A DNA stretch of 64,000 bases from Amphiscolops sp. MND2022 (taxonomy: Eukaryota): assembly GCA_964187785.1 (NCBI GenBank), contig CAXLNC010001180.1, forward strand, positions 1 through 64,000, given 5' to 3'. Positions 37,489 through 51,573 of the stretch are shown here, in pieces. Made by a program: the position numbers and the translations under genes. The first letter of the stretch is position 1, and each line of letters begins with the position of its first letter. The notes below the pieces were generated by a model, which saw nothing but the letters and a program-made list of their open reading frames with translations, was not told the origin of the DNA and did not search any database.

Positions 37489-38796
37489 GTAATGATTCTC
37501 CAGTGGTTTTAGAAGCCACCGGCAATTGTTGACAAAAGTTGCGTTTTGTGGCCTTTGTCGCTTTTTGTTGCTTTGTATGTTACGCCCCATGTTGTTACGC
37601 CCCGTTTTGTGGCATAGCAATTAAGTAGAGAAGAATTGGACCACAGAAGTTAGGATGGGGGTTCATAAAATCCCTCTTTCTGCTAAATTCGGGTCATTAT
37701 TCCCGAGAAAATCAGGGAAAGTCAGTTCTGACCTTTGGTTCGCTTCAAAAATCCTTTAAAGCGCTATGGCCCAAGCACTTCCCCCTCCAATTCAAACACC
37801 AAACTCAGTGAGCTTTTTCGGTTCTCACTGAGTTCTGGGGGCGAGAACTTAGTGAGTTCCTTTTGGCCTTCTGTTTGTGTGCTAAATAAAGCGAACTCTC
37901 CGTGAATTTACAAATTTGTATTACAAAAAGTCAGAGAGTGCCAAATGGTGGCTTCGGGCAGGGGGGAATTGTCAGCATGCCCCAGCTAGCATAACTTGAA
38001 AGTACGTAGCCTGGTGTTGCGATGCAAAGCCATCCACGCATTCGTGCATCCCCTTGCGGTTCTTTTTGAAGGGCAGTTTTGCATTCGTGCAGAAGATCAT
38101 GGACAACGTCCGTCGTACGGTGCCCACTGCCCATGCCGCAAAACCGCCATCTGCAAAAACACCCTTTGGCACCAGCTGAGAAAGTCAGCCTTCCGCGCTG
38201 GAAAATACCATTCTGAGATGTCTGGGTTTAAACTTTAAAGTGTAGTGGTTGCAGGCCCCCCTCCAGGACTCATTGTCATGGTCATAGAAAGACCAACCTA
38301 GATCCGTTTGCACATGAAGTGTGGCACGTCCTCCGTCAAGTGTGAGTAAATCAACAGTGGCCTCAACTCATCATCCCAAAAAAGGGGCCAATACACATCT
38401 CGCCCGCACACGGGTTTATAAACCCCATTTGGGCCTCCGATTTGGTGTGGATCTGTCTGTTTTTCCCCACAGAAAAAGGGCCCAATCATAAACCAGTTCG
38501 CGGGCGACATATGAATTCATGGCCCCTCTTTGCAATGATGATCAGGAAAGAAAAAGGCACCTAAACATAGATATTTTGGGCCGGTGACCCCTCCGGTGAG
38601 GGGAGTCTCCCAGCGGTCAAAGATTTATGAGCTATCATCAGGACCCAAGGAACATAAATCTTTGTGCCGGGTGCCTGACCGGGAAGACCGGTGACCGGGG
38701 TGATCGGACAGAGTTTTGTGTGCTCAGCTTTGATGTGCCTTGTCTGCTCCCTAGATGCGTTGAGGGCACTCTGTTGAGCTAAGGCAGCGAGAAGAG

Positions 38797-38878
38797 GTTT
38801 GCCTTCCTTAGTTATATGGGCATCTGTTACCTTGCCGATGGCATGGACAAGGAGGGTCGGACCATCGCCTTCCCCAAG
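38797..38878 (+). CDS. Probable exon of the same + strand gene
   Basis: gaagag|g acceptor, GC donor aag|gcctca. Protein-like FAFLSYMGICYLADGMDKEGRTIAFPK in unique sequence between two repeats. Confidence 0.55.
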
Positions 38879-41800
38879 GCCTCACCACCACACGAGACCC
38901 CAAGGGCCTTCGATGTCCAAATTGCCAGCGATCCAATTCCAACCCGCTAGCGAGTTGAAATTGTTGCGATTCGAATCATCGCAATCTCAGTTGCGATCTC
39001 GGCCCTCGTTTCACAGATTTGGAGGCGATTTTGGTTGCGATTTAGCTGGGGCCGTGCGATTTGTAAAATTGGTGTATTGAAATAGCTGCAATTCCGATTT
39101 GCGATTTGGGCATCTAAGCCCGAGGGACGCTTCCGCACTGCAAAAGTACTACGGGGGTGAAGTTGGGACGGGCAGTAAAGTCACCACGGCGGTAGCAAAA
39201 CAGTATGGAGAGTGCTCAGAATTCGAAGGAAGGGGGGCGGGAAAGGGGACGGATACTAAAAGACTACGGCGGTAACAAAATACTACGGATTCGAGTACCA
39301 TAGTATATTTAGTACGGAAGGGTGCTTTGGGACAGTGTGTCTGAGCACTTTCAGAGGCTCGGAGCCCCGACTCAAGTGCCTAGAGAGGGATATTGGCGAC
39401 TCTGGCATCTTGCCCAAAGAGTCTTTTGAGGTTACCCCGCCCCTCAAGAAGGTTGAACACATGGAAAAATTTTCGGGGAGTTCTTTTTCTTACATAATTT
39501 TCGTGTAATCCACGGCGCGTCAAGAAATTACGCTTGGAAAGCCAATCTTGTGTGTGTGTGTGTGTAAATGAGGGGTTGGCCACGAGATAGAAAAGTTCTG
39601 GGGGAATGCTTTTTGGTGTCATTGCATGGAAGTTATGTAACGAGGCCCCGGTCACTACACACAAATATTCCCAGCGAATGATTGATGTAATCGTTTTGGC
39701 AGGAGGTGTAGTTTGAACTTCGGAAGGTGATTTGTATTTTTGTGACTTAAGCTTCTCAAAGCTTTAGCAGGCCACTGTATAACGCGCCTGTTCTGTTGAA
39801 CAGAAGGGTCATTACAGATGGTGCCTTATCTAAACCATTTGTATTCAAATGGGCGAAGCAGTAAGACTGGGTATGCTCAAAGGCTTTCTTACGCGAGGTT
39901 TGGCAAAACCCCCGTTATACCATTCGTCCATGAGACATTGCAGAGGAAACAATTTTCAAATTACTTTTCTCCATTTCATACCAGACACAGATACAATCAA
40001 AAACATTTTAGAACTAATTTTCATAACAGCTGCAGATTAAGAGGGGCAGCATAGCAAAGAAAAGACGATTTTGGAGAATTCATTTTCTGAATTAAAGTAA
40101 AAACTACGTCAGAATCACGAAAGCGAATGCGAAAGTAAAATTCGAGGTGAAGCATCTATCACATGCGCATTTGGGAACTACGTAAGCATGAATGTGAAAG
40201 ATCGTATGTGCCAAGTATATCAATGAGAAAGCAAAAGCGATTGGATATTTCGGGAGCATGAATCTTGCAGCTCTTACCATCCTAACACACATGATGGCAG
40301 ACGAGTTTAATCTTTCTGGTGACAAATTCAGAATTACATTGCAGAGGCAGATGCAGATTTAACTCTTGCCCCAGGCCAATTAATGGTAGATGCAGATGTG
40401 GTGTCCTATTGTCTCCATGCTAGTTGCCGAAATCCACAGTTGCAGATCTAATTGTGGGGATGGAGGAATTAGAATTACATTACAGATGCAGATGCAGATT
40501 TAGTCTCCAAAAAGTTAGAATAGCAACCATCGCCGTTAGGATGGTAGCAGATAAGGATACAGATAATCTTTTGTTCGAGTTAATTCCACTATGAATTTGG
40601 ACCTGAGTGCACCGCGGTCGCAGCGATACGGCTGCGAATGCGAATGCGAATTCTGACGCGCCCCGAAAATTCGCTAGCGAATTTTCGGCACCAAACTCAA
40701 ACAAGAAGCTGCGAATTAGGCGTTGCGAAGAAATTCGCTAGCGAATGCGAATGGTTTTGCGAATGAAATGGCAATTTTTCGTTCTCGCTGCGGAAATTCC
40801 TTGCGAATGGGTGTTTGCGACAAAATTTGCTAGCGATTGCGAATGCGATGGCGTGGTGCACTATGAATTTGGACAGACAGTAAGCCCTCCGACCATCTCA
40901 AAACTCGGGACCTCACGAAGGGGTTCTTGGCACCGGCCTGTTAGGGAAGGAGTTGCAACCCCGCCCGCCCCACACAAGAGTCTCCAGAGAGTCTCCATAG
41001 CCTATTCGGGCTCCCCCCTTCTGAAGAAGGCTTCTGTGGGTGGTCCTTTGAAGTCCCTGCATGCAGTGAGGCACATCTCAACTCATGATGGGAGTGCCAG
41101 ATTGGGGTTTCAAGTTGGAGGTCGAAATCTTAGATGGCCCGATTCGCGCGAATCCCTTGAGGGTTCCCGAACTGAACCCCTTTTCTGCGAATCACGTTTC
41201 GGCGCACTAAATTTGCGAATCGCAGGTTTGAGGCGATTCGCGCGGATCGCTCGAACGTTATGAAACTAGGTTTTTTCAGTGAATCGACTCGCGCGAATTG
41301 CCCGATTCGCGTTGCGAATCAAACTGAAAGCGCTCTTTGTTTGTCTTATTCATACTGGATGTGCTTCAGATATTGAAATCTGAATATATCTTCTGAAAGC
41401 AAGTTGCAGTCCCAATTATCCCCCGATTTTTTATATTTCCAAATTTTCTTAGAGAGGGAGAAAAATTGTGACCAGGAGGCAATGTCATCCAGTTCAGAAG
41501 GTGCTATGCACAACAAACTTGCACAACACAGACAATTATCTAGATGCTGTCTACTTCGTTGCAACTTATCAGAGAACGAGAGGCCATGTGCTAAAACGCA
41601 AGGGGATGAGTCTTCAGACCAGACGGCATATCCTGTGATTGTTCTTCCGATTTCTGTTCTGATGTTTGTTCCGACTTTTCTTCGAATTTGTTAGTCGGCA
41701 ACAAAAATCAGTACAAAAATCAGGGAGGGACTTTCCCACAGCACATCTGGACCCCAACTGACAGGGTGGCTTACACATGAATGCAGGTTCTGGTTCGGGT

Positions 41801-44800
41801 CAGATATTCAAATAAATGACTATCAGCACTAGTCACAGTCTCGAGGCTCAGAAAGCATTCAAGAGTCTTTAAAGCGAACAGAAGCTGAAAGAAACCTCTG
41901 CAAAAATGCAGCAGTCGCGGGTGGGGAAAGGCAAGGGAGTCCGAGGCAGAGGGGGTATTTGAAATATAGAGGTTTGGGGCGCCAAGCTCTGAGCTTTGTT
42001 TAGCCAAATATGCAGCCGAGGAAACCAATCATATTGATGTATCTCAACCTCTCAACCAAGGAGATGAGTGACATCGAATCTAAATTGATGCTAGTTGACA
42101 CTAACCGCCGCTAAGTTTCAGGGCACGCTTAAGGAGACAGACCTAACTTAAAGGTGACAGACGGAGCCCAAAACGCAGATTTTCGCAGAAACTGCAGATT
42201 TTCGCCGATTCACCCCTTCTCCTGAAAATTCACAGGCATGCAGAGGGCGCAGGAAACCACAGAAAACCGCAGTGCAGAAAACCGAAGATTTTCGCAGAAG
42301 ACCGCAGGAAAGCGCACATTGGGGCCCGTCACCTTAGGTCCGTCACCTTTAGCTCGGCCCTAAAGTTGACGCTAAGCAGAATGCTAAATTGACACTAAAT
42401 GAAGCTAAATTAGGCTAATTGCAAGGCTCAGTGTCTAAAAAAGGCGCAGGGCTTGGAGCATCTAAGAAGGGGGAGGGTATTGCGAGGACTTGGGATGGGG
42501 GGCTAAATGCCCCCCGGCGCAAAACCAATACATGTAGGAAACAGCTCTTGGGGGAATTAGTGATTGCACGAATGCATGCGGGGAATGTATTCGTACTCGC
42601 GCAAACACAGTTTGACACTTCTGGCGAATTATATATGTATTGGGGTCGTGCCATGGGGTATTTTTTGGAAAAGGGAAACGCATACGTAAAATTCCAGTGT
42701 ACAGTCCCGTGATCATCGCGGGATGATGCCGGGACACTCCAGCGAAAAAGAAGCTTATGTGTTTCTTGCTTATTGGATTTCACCGGCCCGAATAAATCCG
42801 TCTGGCTCACCAGATTCTGCGCCTTTGGGGTCCCACCACACATGCGAGGTATGTTGGATGCGCCAAGTTCGGTTTTTTTGCCAAAAATACTTGTGATAAG
42901 GTCTCGGAAAGTGGTCAGCAGGGACCTCCACAGGGAGGCCACACCGACGCCAAATCAACGCTAATGCGATGCTAAACCGAAGCTAAACCCACGTTAAAAC
43001 AGACGCTGGTTGGGGAGTCTGTGGCTAAAAAACCCAGGGCTTGGTGCACACAAAGTATTGGAGTTTCCTCTCTGAAACGCACACGTCGAGGTGTCTGAAT
43101 AACCTAAATAGTGGGTGTTTCCGGCTTCATCACTTTGTGCAGTTTCGTCAGTCATCTTTATCTGTTGAGTGCTTTGGGAACCTTGGCTAGCTGGCACTGA
43201 TTTGCATAGCTGTCACAACCTCATGGATATGGGAGGTGGAGGAGGCATTGAAAGTGAATCCTCCTGAGATGCGAGTTGTGCCCTTCTCTGGACATCAAGA
43301 AGCAGAGTGCAGAGCCTAGATTCCTCCTAGTCAGCAAAACCCAAGAGCTATCAAAACAGATGGTTTCCAAAATGGCAAGCTCTTTGAATTCTTCAAATTG
43401 GGCATTTTTGTACCCGTTTATTTTGGTACCCGTTTGGGTGTCTCTTTAGCAGCGCCCAAAGGGGTCTCAAAACAGATGGGTTTCGGAATGGCAAGTTTTC
43501 TGAGTTTGGAAAAATTGGCAGTTTGGTACCCGTTTGTTTTGGTACCTATTTGGGTTCCTCCAACCTAGTGCTGCTCCTGTTGTTGCAGAAAGAGTGCAAA
43601 GAGATGAGTTCAGGAATGCTTCAACATGATGCTACCATAGGGAGCCAAGGAAAGAGTCACACACTTTCTTTCCTCTTATCTTCTTTTCAAATGTAAGGAA
43701 CTCAGATTAATTGCCAGGGGCTTAGTGGTGACAGGAGACAGCCAACTTCTGACTGTTTTTGACAGGAGAACACCCAATCAGGGATGTCCAAAACATTGTA
43801 ATCCTAAAAAGTGCGATTGGATCCCTCCAGCTCAGCCTTCTACGTCGAGGGCCAAATGGCGACAGAATCTCACAACAGGATCCTGAAAAGAGGTCTGTGA
43901 CGGGCCCACTAAGGTCAGGGGCGACTTTCTGTGTATAGAGAGAGAGAGATATTGCACATGTTCGACCACGTAAAGGGACAGAAATCTGCAGCTCGGCGCA
44001 TTGTGTCAACTGATATTCGAATATTTTCCAGTGGCGTTTTTCTTTTCTCTGCGTGATCTACCATTATCACCGCAACCATTACTGACTGGTAAACTTTCAC
44101 AGCGAATTATTTCCTGCATTTTGGTGCGGGACAGTTGCCGAGATAAATTCCAAGGGAGTCAATTGGTCATTCATTACCGTTTCCTTACCGGCGCTTGGGA
44201 AAGACCAGGACCACAAATTACCTGGCTAAAATGCTGTGGGAATTCACTTGGAAATTTGTGGCCGGTCAGCTAGCAGGGAAAATTCTGGAGACTTTATTTG
44301 GTAATGATATCGGTAACAATGGTAGTAAGGGAATCCCGTGAATATTTTGAGAAAATCGCTGAATTCCATTGCGGAGAGCAGTGCTGGAGTGCCGCAGATG
44401 GGGGTTTAGGAGATGGGTGTTTAAGCAATCCAAGGATATCTGAAAAGAGAGATTTTGCCAGCTTCAGCTGGACTTCCCAGGCATTGTTCAGGTGCCCGAT
44501 TCAGGGCCTCCAGAGAAAAGTGGCGAAACAGGGCTGGAAAAGGACGATTTTCCGTGAAGGGAGGCCGGACACCCCTTGAACCCCCTTTGTTACACCCCAG
44601 TTGCGGCAGCCACAATGCGTAGAATCCTGTCATGTCTCTCAGATTGGCTGTCATTGTTTTCCCAGTCCCTTCCAGAACAAGATAGGGTCCCAGCCATGCT
44701 GAGGGCCGCGTAGTTTTGGTATTGCTCTGGAGAGCAATCTCCTTTATCTGCTAGGCTTTGCGGACTTTCAGTTATACCGGGTGCGAATTTTCTTACGAAA

Positions 44801-47800
44801 AATGCTCCAAAATTGTGCCCGAATTATTTGAGCCTTTATTTTGTGGGTCCGACGAATCCCACAAATTCCCGCCAACCTCCCTGCAAAAAGTCAAACAATT
44901 CTCCGACGAGCTTCTGCAGAAGCGCAAGGAGAACATTGTCATCCCGGTCGCCATGCAAGTGTCGTTACTCCTTGTTTGCTGAACCCCTGCTTAAATGAGC
45001 ACAAAAACTCAGTTCTAGACTCCATTTTCCTGGCCCATGACTCTCATGATCAGAACCTAAGCCCGCCATTTGATTGGGACTGTGATTTCCTCGAGCTGGC
45101 AAATCGTGCTTTAGGGAAAATTGGCTTGGTCGTGTTTACTTACGGTTGAAATCGGTTTGGTCTTTGTTGCTTACGGTGTAAAATCGGTTTGGTCTATTTT
45201 ACTTACGGTTATCCCCATCCAAAAATTGGATTTGGTCTTTTTTTGCTCATGGTTCCCCCACCGTAAGTAAAAAAGACGATCTGTAAGCAATAGCAGGCGC
45301 TTTTTACGGGCAGTTCTTCCCAGGGTAGGTCACGCAATTGCTTCCAGGTACGGATGAGGGAACAGGGGTGAGGGGTCACGGCAGTGTGGGGGGGATTCTG
45401 CTGTTCAGCCCCAGGTCCGGGGGAGGGGGACAGGAGGGACATACACAGGGACACACACACACACAGGAACGTACGCACGAATGCTGCACCTACTCTTTAG
45501 CGACCTACCTTTTAAAAAGTGCACAAAAATAGACCTCAATTGCAAGTAGATACGACGCATCCAGAATTTGAGTGTGGGAAACTTAAGAGGATTTTCAAAT
45601 CACCTTGCGGAAGGTAATTTGAGGCCTCTAAGAGTATCCCCGCCAAAGCCCGATTAGTGTGAACCACCAAAGAAAGCTCAATGTTCTGACTTGTTGCACA
45701 GGAAATCGGCGTTGCGATTCCAATGGCGATTTGGACAGAGGTTAACTCTTGCGCTATGGATCTGCGATGCAAGCTGCCCAAGACGACAAATTGTGAGCGA
45801 TTCTTGCGATTTCGGCCTTGTGATCTCAAATCGCTGGCGATTTTCAATTGGTGCTTTCGAGCGCTAACTTCTCTGAGCGCTCACAAAATTGACACTCGGT
45901 GTTGGGGCATGGTGCCTCCTAAGAGGAGAAACTAAACCATGGAGATAAACACGAGTTTCTGGGAGAAAATTGGGATAAGGGAACCGCGCGCTTTCCTTCA
46001 CCCCAAGAAATGTATGCTAGGCCCATTTTCCCCATGAACAAACACAAGGATCTCCAAACGTGAACTTCTCCTAACAAACTTGGTTGCGTTGCCACGGGCC
46101 AATGGTAGCAGAGTCACTCTCCGAGAGTCGCGTGGACCCCTGACCGCGGTACCGTTGAAAAGTATCGCAAAACACCTCCACTGGCATCATGTTGCTTTTG
46201 CAACAGGATGCCCTCTAGCTGGGTGGAAGTAACGTAACGTATACGAAACCCATCGTTTGGGGCCAGCCAGCCTCCGTCTGGCTGGGTTTGCGCCCCACTC
46301 TCTTGTCTCTGTGTTTGGGAGTGAGGTATCCCCAAGGGGCGTCCTCCCTCTCCGCAAAAAGCTGACCCCTTTAGTGAAACACACACTTTAGCCAGCTAGA
46401 GAAAAGACCCCTTTGCGTATTATAGTGCCTGAAACTCCTTTAAACAAAACAATGCGATAGAACCGCCTACACAACCCCATAGACCTCTCAATGGGCTTTT
46501 TGAGAGGGCCGTTTTTCCACCATGGCAGGAATACCCCATAACAGCCCTTTCAGCGATCGATTGAAGCGCCAATTAGCACCACGGTCTTGACTGGTCCGTT
46601 TTCTCTCCTTAATGGGCCATTTTCTGGCCTTAATGGGCCGTTTCCCCAGATTTGCCTTAATGGGCCGTTTTCCCTTTCGAAAATTGTTTGGAAAGAGACC
46701 ATTAAGAAAGGGGGAAGATTGTTTGCTTACAGTTGGAGTTTCTTTTGCGTACAGTTGAGCTTTGCTTACAGTCAATTGAGGGGCTTCTCAGACGCACTTT
46801 CCCACTGTGAGCAAAAAAGCTAAAGTTGTAAGTAAGAAGCTCGAATCAAAGGTAAAAAAGCTAAATTTGTAAGTAATAAGCTCCACTTGTAAGTAAAGAA
46901 ACTCCAAACACAATTGTAAGTAAAAAGTCTCCACTGTAAGCAGGAAGCTTCTGACTGTAAGCAATAAAGGTGCATGCACTAAGAAAAGGGGGATTATGGG
47001 GTTCTTGACAAGCGCGATTGACTTCTCAATCTCAGGGTGCCACTCAGCCAGACAAAAGCATCACCGACCATGAAAGGGAAAGTCAGTAATATGCGTTAGT
47101 CACAGCTCGGAGAGTATTTCCGCATTTCCCAGGAATTTAGATCTTTCTGTTTTTCTCTTGTTCTCTCTTCTTTTCGGAAACTCGGCCCTAAAAGCCACAC
47201 TTTTCAGAGGGCAGAGCCCAGTACTGAAGCACCCAAACAGACACTTTAAAAGGAGAAAGAGTATAAACAGTTCAAAGCCGACACTTAGCTGCCCAAACCG
47301 GCACTTCAACCTCATGAATTGAGGAAACCTCCGAAAGTGCTCCCCCGATAGTGCTCGCAGGAGTGCTCTCAGAAATCGGGGTGCTCTCACGAGTGCTCTC
47401 GAGAGGGCTCTTGACGGTGCTGTTCCTGTTGTTTTCCACAGAAAGAACCTCCGGAGAGCACTCTCGGGAGCACTCCTGACAGCACCCGATTTTTGAGAAC
47501 ACTCCCAAGAGCATTCTCGGGAGCACTTTTGGAGGTTCGCCTGTTTTGGGCTCTCTAGCAGGTCGACGGACTCTCAACTCATGACTAGAAGATCGCCAAT
47601 CCTAAAAACATCTAAGAAACCAGTTGGACTTCTGGGATTACATATGTTTTGATGTTGCTGCTCAGGACTACATAGTGTAATATCTTCACCACCAATGACA
47701 CCAATACGCCGATCGCCGACATCTGGTAGAAGATCTGAATGTCTGAGACTTCCAGGCCAAGTCTGACACATGAGGGTTCTGCACTCTTCTCCTTCATTTC

Positions 47801-50800
47801 CAAGCAAATCGCACTTCAAGAAAAGTCTGGGAATACACGTGGAAGTCCCAGATATTCTTTTACAAGACAGCAGCGACCAGCCTAATCAAATTAATCTCTG
47901 GGAATGAAGTAGTGTAGAATCTATGACAAGTTTGCCTTCCAGTCTTGATCTTCTCATGCAAAGATTACATCACCAACTACTATCAGCAACAAGATCGCTA
48001 CAGTCCACAAAATCTGCTGTGGAAGTTGAACATGGATTACAGTTACAGTTTTGGTCGCGCCAAGACTTGATTCATGTTGATGTCACAGTGCCGGATAGAA
48101 TTCCCAGAGAACTCGTTATTCTCTGTTGCCGATTGTGGTTACAGTTTGTCCTTCAATAATTCTGCTGGCAGAAATAAACAATAACGGCACATGAACTTGG
48201 TAAGAATTTCGTTGCCAATGGTGCACGAAGATATTTTCAAGGAATGAAATGCGTACTCGACAGCTTCATCTGGGCTGCACCACAAGATTCTTGTGTAATT
48301 CTTGAGGGCCCAAAGCCATTCCAACCAGATATCTTGTTGGCATTGGTTTTGGTCTTAGGAGCTTAAAGCCTAGAAAGTCGAGCTCGGCGGTCTTGCCCTT
48401 TTTCCTAGAAAATTCAATGGGGTTGGCAGGGATAACCTTAGTGGCAGTAAAACGATACGATTTCTAAAACACAAGCATTTACGATCTTGTTGCGTTTGTG
48501 TCTTGAAGACGCTTCGAATAAAAACATTTTTCGATATAGGGGCACCGAAAGAAAGAGGCCAATGCAGTTTAGGCGCTTTAGGTGCGTGCCAAAACGCAGC
48601 GTGTCTGCGATTTTGTTTTAGAATTGCGATTGAGGGTTCGCGGGGCGGGATTGCGAACTGGGAAGTTGCGCAGCTAAGACGCTGCAAGTCTGCCTCTGCG
48701 TTTGGAAGGCCACTGAGGGATGAGACGAGTCTTCTTCCTGGGCGGGGCGATTTTGATACCAGGGTGTTAAGAAAATTCTGATCAGCATCGGCTCCTCCTT
48801 CAGTCTGATTAGCCTTCTTCTTTTGCTCTTCAGTGAAGAATAAGGTGCAGAGACTATAGCCTCTTCTTGCTCAAGGATTTCAAGGAGACGCAATCAGCGA
48901 ATTCAAAGGTCAAGTCTGCTGCTCAGCAGGACAGTCCTCGTGACCAAGGGTGGATAAGATGGCTATCAGTCATTCCAAGGGTCTGTAAACCGTGGTTGCC
49001 AAACCATGGTTGGTTGGTTAGAGATTGCCGGTTGAGCAGAGGTTCAATTGAGGAAAATCAGAAATTCAAAGAGGTAAGCTTGAGGTAAAACAGAGCTAGA
49101 CTTGTGGTTAAGTTGAGGCGAAAATGGGGTGTGGGAATTCTCTCTCCGGACCAAACTTGAGCCACAGTTTGGAAACCGCCGTTTACAGACCCTCAGTCAT
49201 TAAGCATACAGCACTTACATGTCTCCTGTTGGGCCCATAAAGGCACTTTGTGGCTCATATGTTGCGCCTTTCCCCGTTGTTAGGGGCCCAGTGGAACTTG
49301 ATAGTGTCTGCAAGTTCACAGAGCTTCAGGGGCAAAAAGTGGAGCAGTGCTTGGTGCGGAAGCTTTCGAAGATCATTGGACTTAATAGAAGTGAGCCTAA
49401 TAGAGCTTCAAAAAAAACAGAGCCTAATGGACTAGGTCCAGCCAAGACCTATAAAATTGTCCTTTCATTCACGCGAAACAAAAAAAACAAAAAAAAAAAA
49501 CACGTACGAGGACGGTGCACAATTAAAAGGTCTCGTGCAATTAAAAGGGGCCCGGTGCAGCCCTTGGTACACCTTATTGGGGAGCCTTTCAAATTGTCTA
49601 ATTGTCGGTCACAGTCCGCGGGTTTCAGTTGCTTAGGTCCGCACGGTGCCTCTAAGAGCATAGGTCTTGGCTGGACCTAGCTCATAGAGCTTAATGCTAT
49701 TAGAGCTTCATTTTGGCATTAGACTCAGCATTCCATTGACACTTGCACTTCTGATGGTTTTACATGTAATGTCCCTGGTGTAGTGTAATTGTCGGTGTGT
49801 AATGCAGTTCTCCGGGTGTAATGACAATTTATTGGGTGTTCAAATTCAAAATTCGGCAATTTCAGATTACACTCTCGCAATTACACTTATACCCTTCAAT
49901 TGTTTTGTTTCTGAATGAATTACCAAGAATTGCGCCTACATTGCCTTTTCTAGTCTTTATTATTGAATTGTGAGTGTAATAATGTCGGCGCGCGGGGCAT
50001 ACTCTTCCAAATAGGCAGAGCACTTGCAAACTCTAATGTTGCAAGGGAGAACAATCCCTAAGCACAAATTATATGATGGAGGCTAGAGCGGGTGTTGAAT
50101 GGGTGGGAGAGCATTGTTGGTGCTCAGAATTTCAAAATGTGGAGCCTGAAATTGGTGAGAGTTGCTCCTTCTCCGGAATTTCAGGGGAATTTCAGGGGTG
50201 TTATTGCAAATACCGGACGCTGAAAGAGCATTTGACAAATTGTTGTGCTGAAAAGCCCCGAGAGCGAAATTCTGGCGAAACTATTCACCGACGTCGGCGA
50301 AAAATGCGGCGAAAAGTTGGCGAAATATTTGGCCGATTTTCGTACTTCAATTTCCATGACAAGTGGCCGCAAAAAAATTGCGAAAAATCCTCGACGAATT
50401 CCACGAGCCATGAAACAAAATTCTTTCACCGCGAGACTCTGGGAGCTTGGGGGCACTCTCCAAGCTGTTCGGACGAGACAATGGCCATCAAGTCCATAAG
50501 CCGCCAATCAATACCCCCCTAAGTGCAGGCCAAGTTTTGGTCCCAAAGCTCCCTGTTGCTTGTCTGGGAAGTCTCACCTCTCCCCCCCCCCGGGCCCAAC
50601 TTTGCTAACACGTCAAACTCAGGGTGCTGTAAAAGGAGGTGGGCAAAAGGAACCCAATCACTTTGTTTCTCTCATAGCTTGTGACCATAAATTTTTACAT
50701 GACAGTAATTGTTAGTCCTAGAATTAATTTCGGCAATACATTACATTCTCTTTGCTGCAAAAATGTTTTGGCTGAAATAATTAGTTTTACGTTGCGTTAT

Positions 50801-51330
50801 CTTTACCGCAACCCTTAAGTTGCCNNNNNNNNNNNNNNNNNNNNNNNNNNNNNNNNNNNNNNNNNNNNNNNNNNNNNNNNNNNNNNNNNNNNNNNNNNNN
50901 NNNNNNNNNNNNNNNNNNNNNNNNNNNNNNNNNNNNNNNNNNNNNNNNNNNNNNNNNNNNNNNNNNNNNNNNNNNNNNNNNNNNNNNNNNNNNNNNNNNN
51001 NNNNNNNNNNNNNNNNNNNNNNNNAGAAAGGAACAGACAAGCACAAGCTTTACAGCCCAAATGAGCGCACACCTATTTTCAGGGTTCCTCGAATTGATTT
51101 GTCACTGCAGTCACAGTTTCTGCTTCTTTTAGCAAGAGTGTAGTCGCAGGAAACAATTCGCCTCAGGGATTTCAGAGATCTAACTTCGTTCAAATACAGT
51201 TACAGGGCATCATGGTTTCTGAGTTTAAAACGTAATGGTTTTGACAAGAATGGTGTTTGTGATGGTGCTCTTGACAATGTCCCTCCCCGAATGCTGGGAT
51301 TTGTGTCATCTCTTGATGTTATTTATCCAA

Positions 51331-51573
51331 CCCAGAGGGCCCTGCGAGACATCTTGATGTCTCGCAGCGAAAATTGTCTCCCAATTGTCTCGAGACAATC
51401 TTTAACTCGCAGTTACCCTCGCCCAAATTGTCTCTCGCCCACAAGAGAGGGCATTCTTCCTCTTTCAGAATTACCCCCGCGGTGAGGGTAATTGCGAGAC
51501 AACTGAGAGACAAAAATTGTCTCGCGGAAATTTTTGTCCCGCGACATCAAGGTGTCTCTTCTGGCCCACTGGG
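51331..51573. mobile_element. MITE, gagacaa/ttgtctc family
   Basis: cccagagggccctgcgagacatcttgatgtctcgc...gcgacatcaaggtgtctcttctggcccactggg. A highly similar copy lies at 56916-57170. Confidence 0.8.
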
